NCBI GenBank assembly: GCA_049314435.1
Contig: JBMOFD010000053.1
Coordinates: 1 to 13,577, forward strand
Origin: Chlamydiia bacterium
GTDB taxonomy: Bacteria; Chlamydiota; Chlamydiia; Chlamydiales; JBMOFD01
Length of the DNA stretch: 13,577 bases
Reading direction: 5' to 3'
Under the pieces are notes generated by a model that did not search any database, was not told where the DNA came from, and saw nothing but the letters and a program-made list of their open reading frames with translations. Position numbers and translations under genes: made by a program. Position 1 is the first letter of the stretch. Each line of letters begins with the position of its first letter. Below, in pieces: positions 1-6,560 of the stretch.

Positions 1-17
1 GATAGATCTTCCATCCA

Positions 18-55
18 ACCCCACCCCTATGCGAATGGGGGTGGGGTATTTTTTT
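18..55 (+). terminator. Rho-independent terminator of an upstream gene outside the window
   Basis: 13-bp stem ACCCCACCCCTAT (18-30) / ATGGGGGTGGGGT (35-47) with one G-U pair, GCGA (GNRA) tetraloop, followed by A and T7 (49-55). Confidence 0.9.
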
Positions 56-155
56 GAAACAGACCCTATCCTCCTGACCTCCTCAGTAAGGGAATAAAAT
101 CCTCGAGTAGAGTTTATTAGTAGGCTATACTTCTCCTTTCAATTCTAGAGGATGT

Positions 156-1091
156 ATGTTTCTCGTCGTTGCCACATTTGCTCTCTTTTCTAGTATTTTT
201 ACGGTAGCAAAACCAACACTCGATTCGGGAGGGCTCTTTTTTCTCCTTGGGACGCGTATGGTGGTGGCCGCACTTCTCATCGGCGTCTATCTTCTATGGA
301 AGAGGCCCCATGTACTTCGGCTTTCCCGATCTTTGATCATCATGGTGCTGATCACCGGCACGCTCAACTTTTTTGTAACTAATGTATTTGAATTCCTAGG
401 GTTAGCCCACCTGCCCAGTTGGAAGACCTGCTTCATCTACAATTTCTCCCCCTTCATTTGCGCCTTCCTCTCACTGCTCCTACTAGGGGAGCGGATGAAT
501 AGTCAGCGCTGGCTAGGTTTGCTCGTCGGGAGTTTTGGGATCAGCATGATCTTTTGGCCTGATGCTTCGGGCATGCTGGCGGGGCTTTGGACTTTAGGAT
601 GGCCGGAGATCTCGGTTCTTCTGGCTGTGACGGTCAGTCAGTTGGGATGGACTCTGATGCGCAAGATGCGACTAGAGGGTGTGGATCCACTGGCTGCCAA
701 CTGCTATGGCATGGCACTTGCTGGGCTGCTCTGCTTGGGGGTTTCTGGGGCAACGGAGTCCTGGCAGCCGATACCGATCTGGGATGGATGGACTGCTGGG
801 TGGGGAACCACCTACATGCTCATCGTAAGCAATCTACTCGCTTACAACCTCTATGCTGGCCTGCTGCAGCGGTTCAGCTCGACCTTCTTGGCTCTGGCCG
901 GTGGCATGACGAGTTTGTTCGCCGCTCTATGGGGATGGCTATTTCTTGGAGAGGTTGTGCATTGGATCATGTTGCCAGCGGCTTGCATCGGCACAGCTGG
1001 TCTAATGATCTACTATCGCCAAGAGCTCCAGCAGAGACCTTGGAAGGTTGGTCCTGTGCTGCAAGCAACAGAACCAGCTGGAGTATCGTAG
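156..1091 (+). CDS. EamA/DMT-superfamily inner-membrane transporter, 311 aa (possibly a chlamydial-type SAM/SAH carrier)
   Basis: About 10 hydrophobic segments in two repeats. EamA signatures: RMVVAALL, SPFICAFLSLLLLGERMNSQRWLGLLVG, FAALWGWLFLGE. SD-like GAGGA at 148-152. Confidence 0.85.
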   Translation: MFLVVATFALFSSIFTVAKPTLDSGGLFFLLGTRMVVAALLIGVYLLWKRPHVLRLSRSLIIMVLITGTLNFFVTNVFEFLGLAHLPSWKTCFIYNFSPFICAFLSLLLLGERMNSQRWLGLLVGSFGISMIFWPDASGMLAGLWTLGWPEISVLLAVTVSQLGWTLMRKMRLEGVDPLAANCYGMALAGLLCLGVSGATESWQPIPIWDGWTAGWGTTYMLIVSNLLAYNLYAGLLQRFSSTFLALAGGMTSLFAALWGWLFLGEVVHWIMLPAACIGTAGLMIYYRQELQQRPWKVGPVLQATEPAGVS

Positions 1092-1119
1092 TAGAAGAAT
1101 TGGCCAGACAGAAAAAAAG

Positions 1120-1193
1120 TGAGTCTTGATGGGCTCGAACCATCGACACCCTCATTAAAAGTGAGGTGCTCTAACCAACTGAGCTAAAGACTC
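1120..1193 (-). tRNA. tRNA-Lys(UUU), CCA not encoded
   Basis: Reverse complement folds as GAGTCTT-TA-GCTC-AGTTGGTTA-GAGC-A-CCTCA-CTTTTAA-TGAGG-GTGTC-GATGG-TTCGAGC-CCATC-AAGACTC-A; anticodon TTT. Confidence 0.97.
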
Positions 1194-1197
1194 GCCT

Positions 1198-1272
1198 TGA
1201 CCCCTAGGGGATTCGAACCCCTGTTGACGGAATGAAAATCCGGTGTCCTAGACCTGACTAGACGAAGGGGCC
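1198..1272 (-). tRNA. tRNA-Glu(UUC), CCA not encoded
   Basis: Reverse complement GGCCCCT-TC-GTC...GAC-A-CCGGA-TTTTCAT-TCCGT-CAAC-AGGGG-TTCGAAT-CCCCT-AGGGGTC-A; anticodon TTC; 4-nt spacer to tRNA-Lys. Confidence 0.96.
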
Positions 1273-1314
1273 ATTCCTTCTCCTTGGTCAGCGTCGCTGA
1301 ACAGAGGAACCACG

Positions 1315-1344
1315 ATGATAGGAGGAGAGACACCATTTTTGCAA
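1315..1344 (-). promoter_or_regulatory. Candidate sigma70/sigma66-type promoter for tRNA-Glu-tRNA-Lys
   Basis: Minus strand TTGCAA (1344-1339), 18-nt spacer, TATCAT (1320-1315), about 42 nt upstream of tRNA-Glu. Confidence 0.6.
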
Positions 1345-1370
1345 GAAGCAGCTTGTCGCTGGCAATGGAA

Positions 1371-1823
1371 CTATATGTAGAGCGGTTTTGCTGCAGCGGC
1401 GAGAGACTTCCCAGTGGGAATACGCGCAAAGGCTCTTGTTAGTTCGACACAGAACGTTTGCCACGCCTCTTGATCATACGGCTCTTTAGCTGGATGATCC
1501 CATACTGTTCCAGGCCAGGCCGGATCACCTTCAAACCGCGCGATCACATGAACGTGCAGCTGGGGCGTCTTGTTCCCTAGAGCGGCTACGTTGAGCTGAG
1601 TCGGTTTCGTCACTTCCCAAAGAACTCTTTGAGCTAGATCAGTCTCTTCCGAAAGCTGCCAACGATCCTCTGCGGAGAGGTCCATGACTTTGTTCAAGCC
1701 AGTTCGTCGTGGGACTAAAATGAGCCATGGATAGTGGCGCACATTCTCCACGAGGACTCGACAGAGGGGGAGATCAAGAAGGTGTTTCTTGGACGCCAGG
1801 TTCGCATGCAAGCTAAATGACAT
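1371..1823 (-). CDS. HIT-family nucleotide hydrolase, 150 aa
   Basis: YPWLILVPRR and LNVAALGNKTPQLHVHVIARFEGDPAWPGTVW; histidine-triad variant QLHVHVI. Confidence 0.9.
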   Translation of the reverse strand: MSFSLHANLASKKHLLDLPLCRVLVENVRHYPWLILVPRRTGLNKVMDLSAEDRWQLSEETDLAQRVLWEVTKPTQLNVAALGNKTPQLHVHVIARFEGDPAWPGTVWDHPAKEPYDQEAWQTFCVELTRAFARIPTGKSLAAAAKPLYI

Positions 1824-1858
1824 GAACGCGGTAGGGAGCTAGTTATTTGAAAGGAGAT

Positions 1859-1903
1859 CTGGAGGACCTTGTCCTCCAGCTGAGGTCCGGAGCGGAGCTC
1901 CGG
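1859..1903. other. Two tandem GC-rich hairpins directly downstream of frr (possible terminator or processing site)
   Basis: CTGGAGGAC-CTT-GTCCTCCAG (1859-1879) and CCGGAGC-GGA-GCTCCGG (1887-1903); only a weak pyrimidine tract follows on the minus strand. Confidence 0.5.
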
Positions 1904-1908
1904 GATGA

Positions 1909-2466
1909 CTAGACAGTGAGGATCTCTTTCTCTTTTTGAGTCACAGCCTCGTCGATCTCCTTGCAGTATTGGTCGGTAAGCTCTTGGAGGTCCTTATCGG
2001 TCTTCTTCACCTGGTCTTCCGTGATCTCTCCGTCGGCCTTCCCCTTCTTCAGCATGTCTTTGGCTTTATGGCGCACGTCCCGAATGGAAATTTTGGCGTC
2101 CTCGCCCTTCTTGCGGCATCCCTTAACGATCTCCTTGCGCATCGCTTCATCCATGGGAGGGACGTTGATGCGGATGATGTGTCCGTCGACTACGGGGACG
2201 AAATGAATCGATGGGTTCTTTTCAATCGACTTGGCAATCGCGGAGGCTGTTCTAGGATCAAAGGGTGTGATGACGAGTAGGCGGGCCTCAGGAGTCGTGA
2301 CATTGGCCACTTGCCTAAGAGGCATCTGTGCTTCGAAGATTTCTACCATCACTGAGTCGAGCATGGAGGAGTGCGCTCGATTGGTTCGCATCGCCTTGAG
2401 ATCATTGTGCAGGTGGCCCACCGTGGCCTGCATCTTCTCTTTGGCAAACTCTTTAACGCGTGACAT
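1909..2466 (-). CDS. frr: Ribosome recycling factor, 185 aa
   Basis: RRF motifs MRTNRAHSSMLDSVMVE, LRQVANVTTPEARLLVITPFD, IRINVPPMDEAMRKEIVK, KEKEILTV. Start moved from 2523 to ATG 2466 (SD-like AAGGGTG upstream), giving the canonical length. Confidence 0.97.
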   Translation of the reverse strand: MSRVKEFAKEKMQATVGHLHNDLKAMRTNRAHSSMLDSVMVEIFEAQMPLRQVANVTTPEARLLVITPFDPRTASAIAKSIEKNPSIHFVPVVDGHIIRINVPPMDEAMRKEIVKGCRKKGEDAKISIRDVRHKAKDMLKKGKADGEITEDQVKKTDKDLQELTDQYCKEIDEAVTQKEKEILTV

Positions 2467-2577
2467 AGACACCCTTAGTAAACAAAACAGTAGCCTCAAG
2501 GTCTTAGGACCGAGGCCAGACAAACAGGATCATACCTGGTAGGCAAGAGCAGCGCTAGTCGTCCGCAGAAAACTAGG

Positions 2578-4485
2578 TCACAGCGCCCAACCTTCCGGCA
2601 AGGTCAAAGGAAGAGGCGTTCGCGCGTCGGGATGTTCGTAGGGAAATACGTAAGACGGCTGTTCGGACAACTCATCCATCCGTGTGACCGAAGGTATATA
2701 CCGGTTCAGAATGTTATTCACAGACTTGCTAAGCGTAGCCAAAGCGATCTGGCGGGGCGTTGGATCGAGTACCTGAGGGATCAATGCGCAGAATTCCGCG
2801 GTCAGTGGGTCTACAAAACTTTGCATCTGTGAGTTAAGTGCCAATAATGGATTGAGATAGAGATCGCGGTATAGAAAAGGATCAAACTTATGGCGGTCCT
2901 TGTACTCCAGATAAATGGACAGCTTGCTGAACACCGGCCAATGACCGCGCAGTCCTTCTGCCGCGGAGAGGGCCTCCAACGCGGTGATACCCCAGCTCCA
3001 GAGGTCGAAGCGCTGCCTCCATTGCCATCGATCTTGACTCTCGATGGGTAGGTTGGCGGTCATGCTGAACCCATCAACAAACGAGGGTTGAGGGTGTTGT
3101 CGCTGAACCTCTGAAGGAATCGTCTGGATGATACGGGGCTTGCATGTTGATCGGTTCACCCTGGTCCATAAACCTAGCGCCGGCGCCATGTTGGCAGGAG
3201 TCTGTGGAAGGGGGCGTGTATGGCAGTCGGCAGAAGCCTGTAGTGCCAGGGGATGGCAGTATTCCCAAGTGCACTCTGGCCAATAATTCTCTTCGATGGA
3301 CCTCACTGACATTGCATCGACCAGAAAGGCTTCACCAGCGTCGCTGAGAAGGGTATTAGCTGTTTTGATGTCACCATGGGATTTCTTGTGAACAGCCAGA
3401 TAGTTCAACTGTTCTAGGAGATCGCGTGCGTAGCGCACAGCAGCCCATCGGTTGACAAGGGTCCATGCCTGCGCAGGATACCACCATGATGCATGTTCCG
3501 TGGCCCGAGTTTGCAGGCTGGTTGCATACGATACCCCATCGATTAAGGCTGTCTCCATGAAGCAAAAATGACGGACTTCCCTGTCAATAATGGAGTCCAT
3601 GCAAGGGCCCACGGCCAGAGCACCCAAAGAAGGGAGTTGTGCTGACGATTCGCTCGGTGTAACAGCCGGCTGAGTCGAACAAGAGCCCATGGAAATAGCC
3701 GAACACGTGGCAGACGATGGAGGAGTGGCCTCATCGGCGGCCCTCAACAAGAAGCGGAGCTTTCTGATTTCATCTTCGAACAACACCTGAGGCCCGACTA
3801 CTGCCTGCCTCGGTTGTGCTGTGGCAGGTGCACGGGAAGAGCCCTCGGTGGACGTCTGTTCCTGATCGCTGCAGGAAGGTTTTTGGTTTTCTTTGACGCT
3901 GATTTCAGCCATCCGGCAGAGCCCTGAGCAGACCACCATATGCTCGCCGTCTAAGATCACGGACGGTTCTACGTACTTGTAGGTTCCCTTCTTTCGGATC
4001 CCTCCTCGGTTGATGAAAGCCAGGGCACGGGGATGCACGTCCATCTCCAATTGAGCCGCATCAGCTCCGAAAAGCTTGAGTAGGCGATCCATTCTCTCTT
4101 GAAGGATCGGCTGTACAGTGAAGGGCTCCGCCCACTTGGTATAGGAGCAGTGGTTCCAGTCCTCTGCAGCGACTCCGCAATTCTTAAATAGGGCCCCAAT
4201 CTGATCGAAGAGGTTCTTTACCGCCTCGGTGAGACGAGGATCGATAGGCCGGCAGACCGCTTCGAGTCGGGCACGCGACTGGTTGGGTAGACACCATGAG
4301 GATCTGACCTGAAATGCAACGACCTCGGGATCTAGATCTGGGGCGGCAAAGCAGTTCGACCAGCTGGACCACTCTCGATGCTTACGGTCAATAAGCTCTC
4401 GATGAAGATCTTCGGCAAGAGGGGCAATGAGCCAATGCGCGCTGGGCAGCGCAGGTTGAGGAAACTGACTAAGACTAAGAGACAT
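2578..4485 (-). CDS. Divergent Hanks-type Ser/Thr protein kinase-like protein, 635 aa (candidate secreted effector)
   Basis: Motifs in the correct order: Gly-loop-like KKGTYKYV (aa ~165-172), catalytic loop HGDIKTAN (aa 370-377), DFG-equivalent DAM (aa 390), P+1 loop CTWEYCHP (aa 405-412), subdomain IX DLWSWG (aa 494). Confidence 0.8.
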   Translation of the reverse strand: MSLSLSQFPQPALPSAHWLIAPLAEDLHRELIDRKHREWSSWSNCFAAPDLDPEVVAFQVRSSWCLPNQSRARLEAVCRPIDPRLTEAVKNLFDQIGALFKNCGVAAEDWNHCSYTKWAEPFTVQPILQERMDRLLKLFGADAAQLEMDVHPRALAFINRGGIRKKGTYKYVEPSVILDGEHMVVCSGLCRMAEISVKENQKPSCSDQEQTSTEGSSRAPATAQPRQAVVGPQVLFEDEIRKLRFLLRAADEATPPSSATCSAISMGSCSTQPAVTPSESSAQLPSLGALAVGPCMDSIIDREVRHFCFMETALIDGVSYATSLQTRATEHASWWYPAQAWTLVNRWAAVRYARDLLEQLNYLAVHKKSHGDIKTANTLLSDAGEAFLVDAMSVRSIEENYWPECTWEYCHPLALQASADCHTRPLPQTPANMAPALGLWTRVNRSTCKPRIIQTIPSEVQRQHPQPSFVDGFSMTANLPIESQDRWQWRQRFDLWSWGITALEALSAAEGLRGHWPVFSKLSIYLEYKDRHKFDPFLYRDLYLNPLLALNSQMQSFVDPLTAEFCALIPQVLDPTPRQIALATLSKSVNNILNRYIPSVTRMDELSEQPSYVFPYEHPDARTPLPLTLPEGWAL

Positions 4486-4582
4486 GCAGAAGACTTCTAG
4501 GCAGGCTTAGGTAAGTGGATTCCGGATTTGGTTCTAAAAGGAGTAGGAGGCCAAGCGCAGGACAATCTTGTTCGAAAAGAGG

Positions 4583-4617
4583 AAAAAAAAGGAGAGATCC
4601 AGAAGGGATCTCTCCTT
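4583..4617 (-). terminator. Rho-independent terminator after tsf
   Basis: Perfect 12-bp inverted repeat AAGGAGAGATCC (4589-4600) / GGATCTCTCCTT (4606-4617) with a 5-nt loop; the minus-strand T8 run (4590-4583) closes and follows the stem. Begins 10 nt after the tsf stop. Confidence 0.9.
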
Positions 4618-4627
4618 GACAAGGCGA

Positions 4628-5476
4628 TTAAACGCCTACCTGCCAGCGGTAGAAACGCACGATCCTGAGAGGCTGGCCGATCTCTTTGGCGCGCTTCTCA
4701 ACAACCTGCCCGACTGTAAGCGAAGGATCCTTCACGAACTTCTGACGGGGGAGGCAGACTTGATCGTAGTAAGCATTGAGCTTGCCTTCGACGATCTTCG
4801 CCATCATGTGCTCCGGCTTGCCCTTCACCTGACCACGAGCCACTTCTTCCTCTTGAGCACGAACAGTCGGTGGGACATCTTCGGGCTGCAGGAATTCAGG
4901 GGCTTCTGCGGCGCAGTGCATCGCAATCTCACGTGCCAAAGTCTCCTCAGTCGAGGCTCCTTCGAGCTCGACAGCACAGACGATCTTCCCATTCATATGG
5001 CTGTATACGCCGATGGAACGATCAGCTCCTTTGCGTAACACGGCCACACGACGAACGCGGATGTTTTCTCCGAGCTTCTGTATGAGCAGAGCACGGAGCT
5101 GTTCGTTCGTAAGAGTAGGATCCTTCGCCGACGCGAAATCCATCAGTTGCTCTACGGAAGCAGTCGCCTTGACGGCCGCTTCCGAGCAAAGCTGCTGGAG
5201 AAACTCTTGGAACGCGTCGCTCTTAGCAACGAAATCCGTTTCGCAGTTGATCTCGACGAGGGAGACTGCTTGGGCTGACTGCCCAATGCCAATGGCTCCA
5301 TCTTTCGTGTCGCGACCCTCTTTCTTCACCGCTCCAGCAATTCCCGCTTTACGAAGAATCTGGATGGCTTGCTCCATGTCCCCTTGGGCTTCAACGAGGG
5401 CTTCCTTGCATTTGCCCATCGCAACGCCCGTGCGTTCACGGAGTTCTTGAACCAATTTTGCGCTGATCGTGGTCAT
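4628..5476 (-). CDS. tsf: Translation elongation factor Ts, 282 aa
   Basis: ISAKLVQELRERTGVAMGKCKEAL, VEINCETDFVAK, LGENIRVRR, EIAMHCAA, KIVEGKL; 6 nt downstream of rpsB. Confidence 0.98.
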   Translation of the reverse strand: MTTISAKLVQELRERTGVAMGKCKEALVEAQGDMEQAIQILRKAGIAGAVKKEGRDTKDGAIGIGQSAQAVSLVEINCETDFVAKSDAFQEFLQQLCSEAAVKATASVEQLMDFASAKDPTLTNEQLRALLIQKLGENIRVRRVAVLRKGADRSIGVYSHMNGKIVCAVELEGASTEETLAREIAMHCAAEAPEFLQPEDVPPTVRAQEEEVARGQVKGKPEHMMAKIVEGKLNAYYDQVCLPRQKFVKDPSLTVGQVVEKRAKEIGQPLRIVRFYRWQVGV

Positions 5477-5482
5477 GTTGTT

Positions 5483-6334
5483 TTAAACCTCTGTGCGCTT
5501 TTCTTCACGAGCTTCCTTCTTCGCCTTACCAGGCGCACCGGCGCTCATCGTTGTCCGATCTACACTCTCTTGCTTCTCAGCCGCTTCAGGGGAGTCCATG
5601 TCGACATCCTCTTTCTCAATGCTGATCTGCATGTCGTTTTTACGATCGATGATGCCTTGAGTCAGCTGGTCCAAGATCAACTTAATGCTCTTGAGGGAGT
5701 CATCATTGCAGGCAATTACGTGATCGATCGGATCGGGATCGCAGTTGGTGTCGACCAAGGCCATGATAGGAATGCCCAGCTTGCGAGCTTCTGCTACAGC
5801 AATATGCTCGTGGCTAGGATCTACGACAATCAGCATGCCAGGAGGCTTGCGCATCGCACGTACACCACTCAGGTTGCGGTCGAGTTTCGTCTGTTCTCTC
5901 TGCAGAAGAGACATCTCTTTCTTCGTGAGCCCTTCGTTACCCTGACCGATACGCTTTTCGATGCGCTCTAGCTTCTTCACGCTGCCGCGGATCGTAGGTA
6001 GGTTGGTGAGCATCCCGCCGAGCCAACGCTCGCAGACATAGAACTCGCCGCAAGCCTCTGCGCAATCCTTGATGACTGTCTTCGCTTGCTTCTTGGTGCC
6101 GACGAAGAGGATCGTCTTGCGGTCAGAGACAACATCTAGGAGTAGAGTCACTGCATCACGGATCTGCTGCATCGTCTTCGCGAGGTCGATGATGTAGAGC
6201 CCGTTGCGCTCTTCAAAGATGAAGCGCTTCATCTTGGGGTTCCAGCGACGACGCTGGTGGCCAAAATGAGCGCCGCTCTCAATCAATTCTTTGATTGTGA
6301 CGGTGATAGGTGTGTGTGTTTGTTGTTGAGCCAA
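5483..6334 (-). CDS. rpsB: 30S ribosomal protein S2, 283 aa, TTG start
   Basis: GAHFGHQRRRWNPKMKRFIF, LFVGTKKQA, ERWLGGMLTN, ALVDTNCDPDPIDHVIACNDDS; SD-like AAAGGGA upstream of the TTG. Confidence 0.98.
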   Translation of the reverse strand: MAQQQTHTPITVTIKELIESGAHFGHQRRRWNPKMKRFIFEERNGLYIIDLAKTMQQIRDAVTLLLDVVSDRKTILFVGTKKQAKTVIKDCAEACGEFYVCERWLGGMLTNLPTIRGSVKKLERIEKRIGQGNEGLTKKEMSLLQREQTKLDRNLSGVRAMRKPPGMLIVVDPSHEHIAVAEARKLGIPIMALVDTNCDPDPIDHVIACNDDSLKSIKLILDQLTQGIIDRKNDMQISIEKEDVDMDSPEAAEKQESVDRTTMSAGAPGKAKKEAREEKRTEV

Positions 6335-6430
6335 GCCTTGTCCCTTTCTGTTGTTGACGCGGCATCCTGCACGCAGGAGCAGAGCTCCCCTGGCAAGATT
6401 TCAGTCTTGGTAGTTATGAAATATTTGATA

Positions 6431-6501
6431 AGCGCCTGGTCAGAATCGAACTGACGCGAGCAGCTTGGAAGGCTGCGGTTCTACCATTGAACTACAGGCG
6501 C
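6431..6501 (-). tRNA. tRNA-Gly(UCC), CCA not encoded
   Basis: Reverse complement GCGCCTG-TA-GTTC-AATGGTA-GAAC-C-GCAGC-CTTCCAA-GCTGC-TCGC-GTCAG-TTCGATT-CTGAC-CAGGCGC-T; anticodon TCC. Confidence 0.97.
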
Positions 6502-6511
6502 GTTGCCGAAT

Positions 6512-6540
6512 AGGATACAGGAGAGAGTTTTTCCTTCCAA
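6512..6540 (-). promoter_or_regulatory. Candidate sigma70/sigma66-type promoter for tRNA-Gly (possibly reading on into rpsB-tsf)
   Basis: Minus strand TTGGAA (6540-6535), 17-nt spacer, TATCCT (6517-6512), 10 nt upstream of the tRNA 5' end. Confidence 0.6.
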
Positions 6541-6560
6541 GCTGGAGGGAATGGGGAGCC

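Noticed and set aside
587..1129. 180-aa alternative-frame ORF within the EamA gene
   Set aside because: Almost fully overlaps a well-supported CDS; no recognisable domain.
967..1429. Short ORFs 967-1155 and 1184-1429
   Set aside because: They run through the tRNA-Lys and tRNA-Glu genes.
2467..2523. 19-aa N-terminal extension of RRF, considered as a possible pyrH remnant
   Set aside because: No resemblance to a PyrH C-terminus; ATG 2466 has an SD and gives the canonical 185 aa.
4568..5971. Antisense ORFs over tsf and rpsB (156, 145 and 200 aa and others)
   Set aside because: Shadow frames of conserved genes in GC-rich DNA; no motifs.
6310..6328. (TG)n/(TTG)n simple repeat
   Set aside because: Encodes QQQTHT at the S2 N-terminus; too short and in an essential gene, so phase variation is unlikely.
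6465..6560. 32-aa N-terminal extension of PBP2 in the ORF track
   Set aside because: Starts at a TTG inside tRNA-Gly on the opposite strand; ATG 6561 has an SD and gives a normal short cytoplasmic tail.
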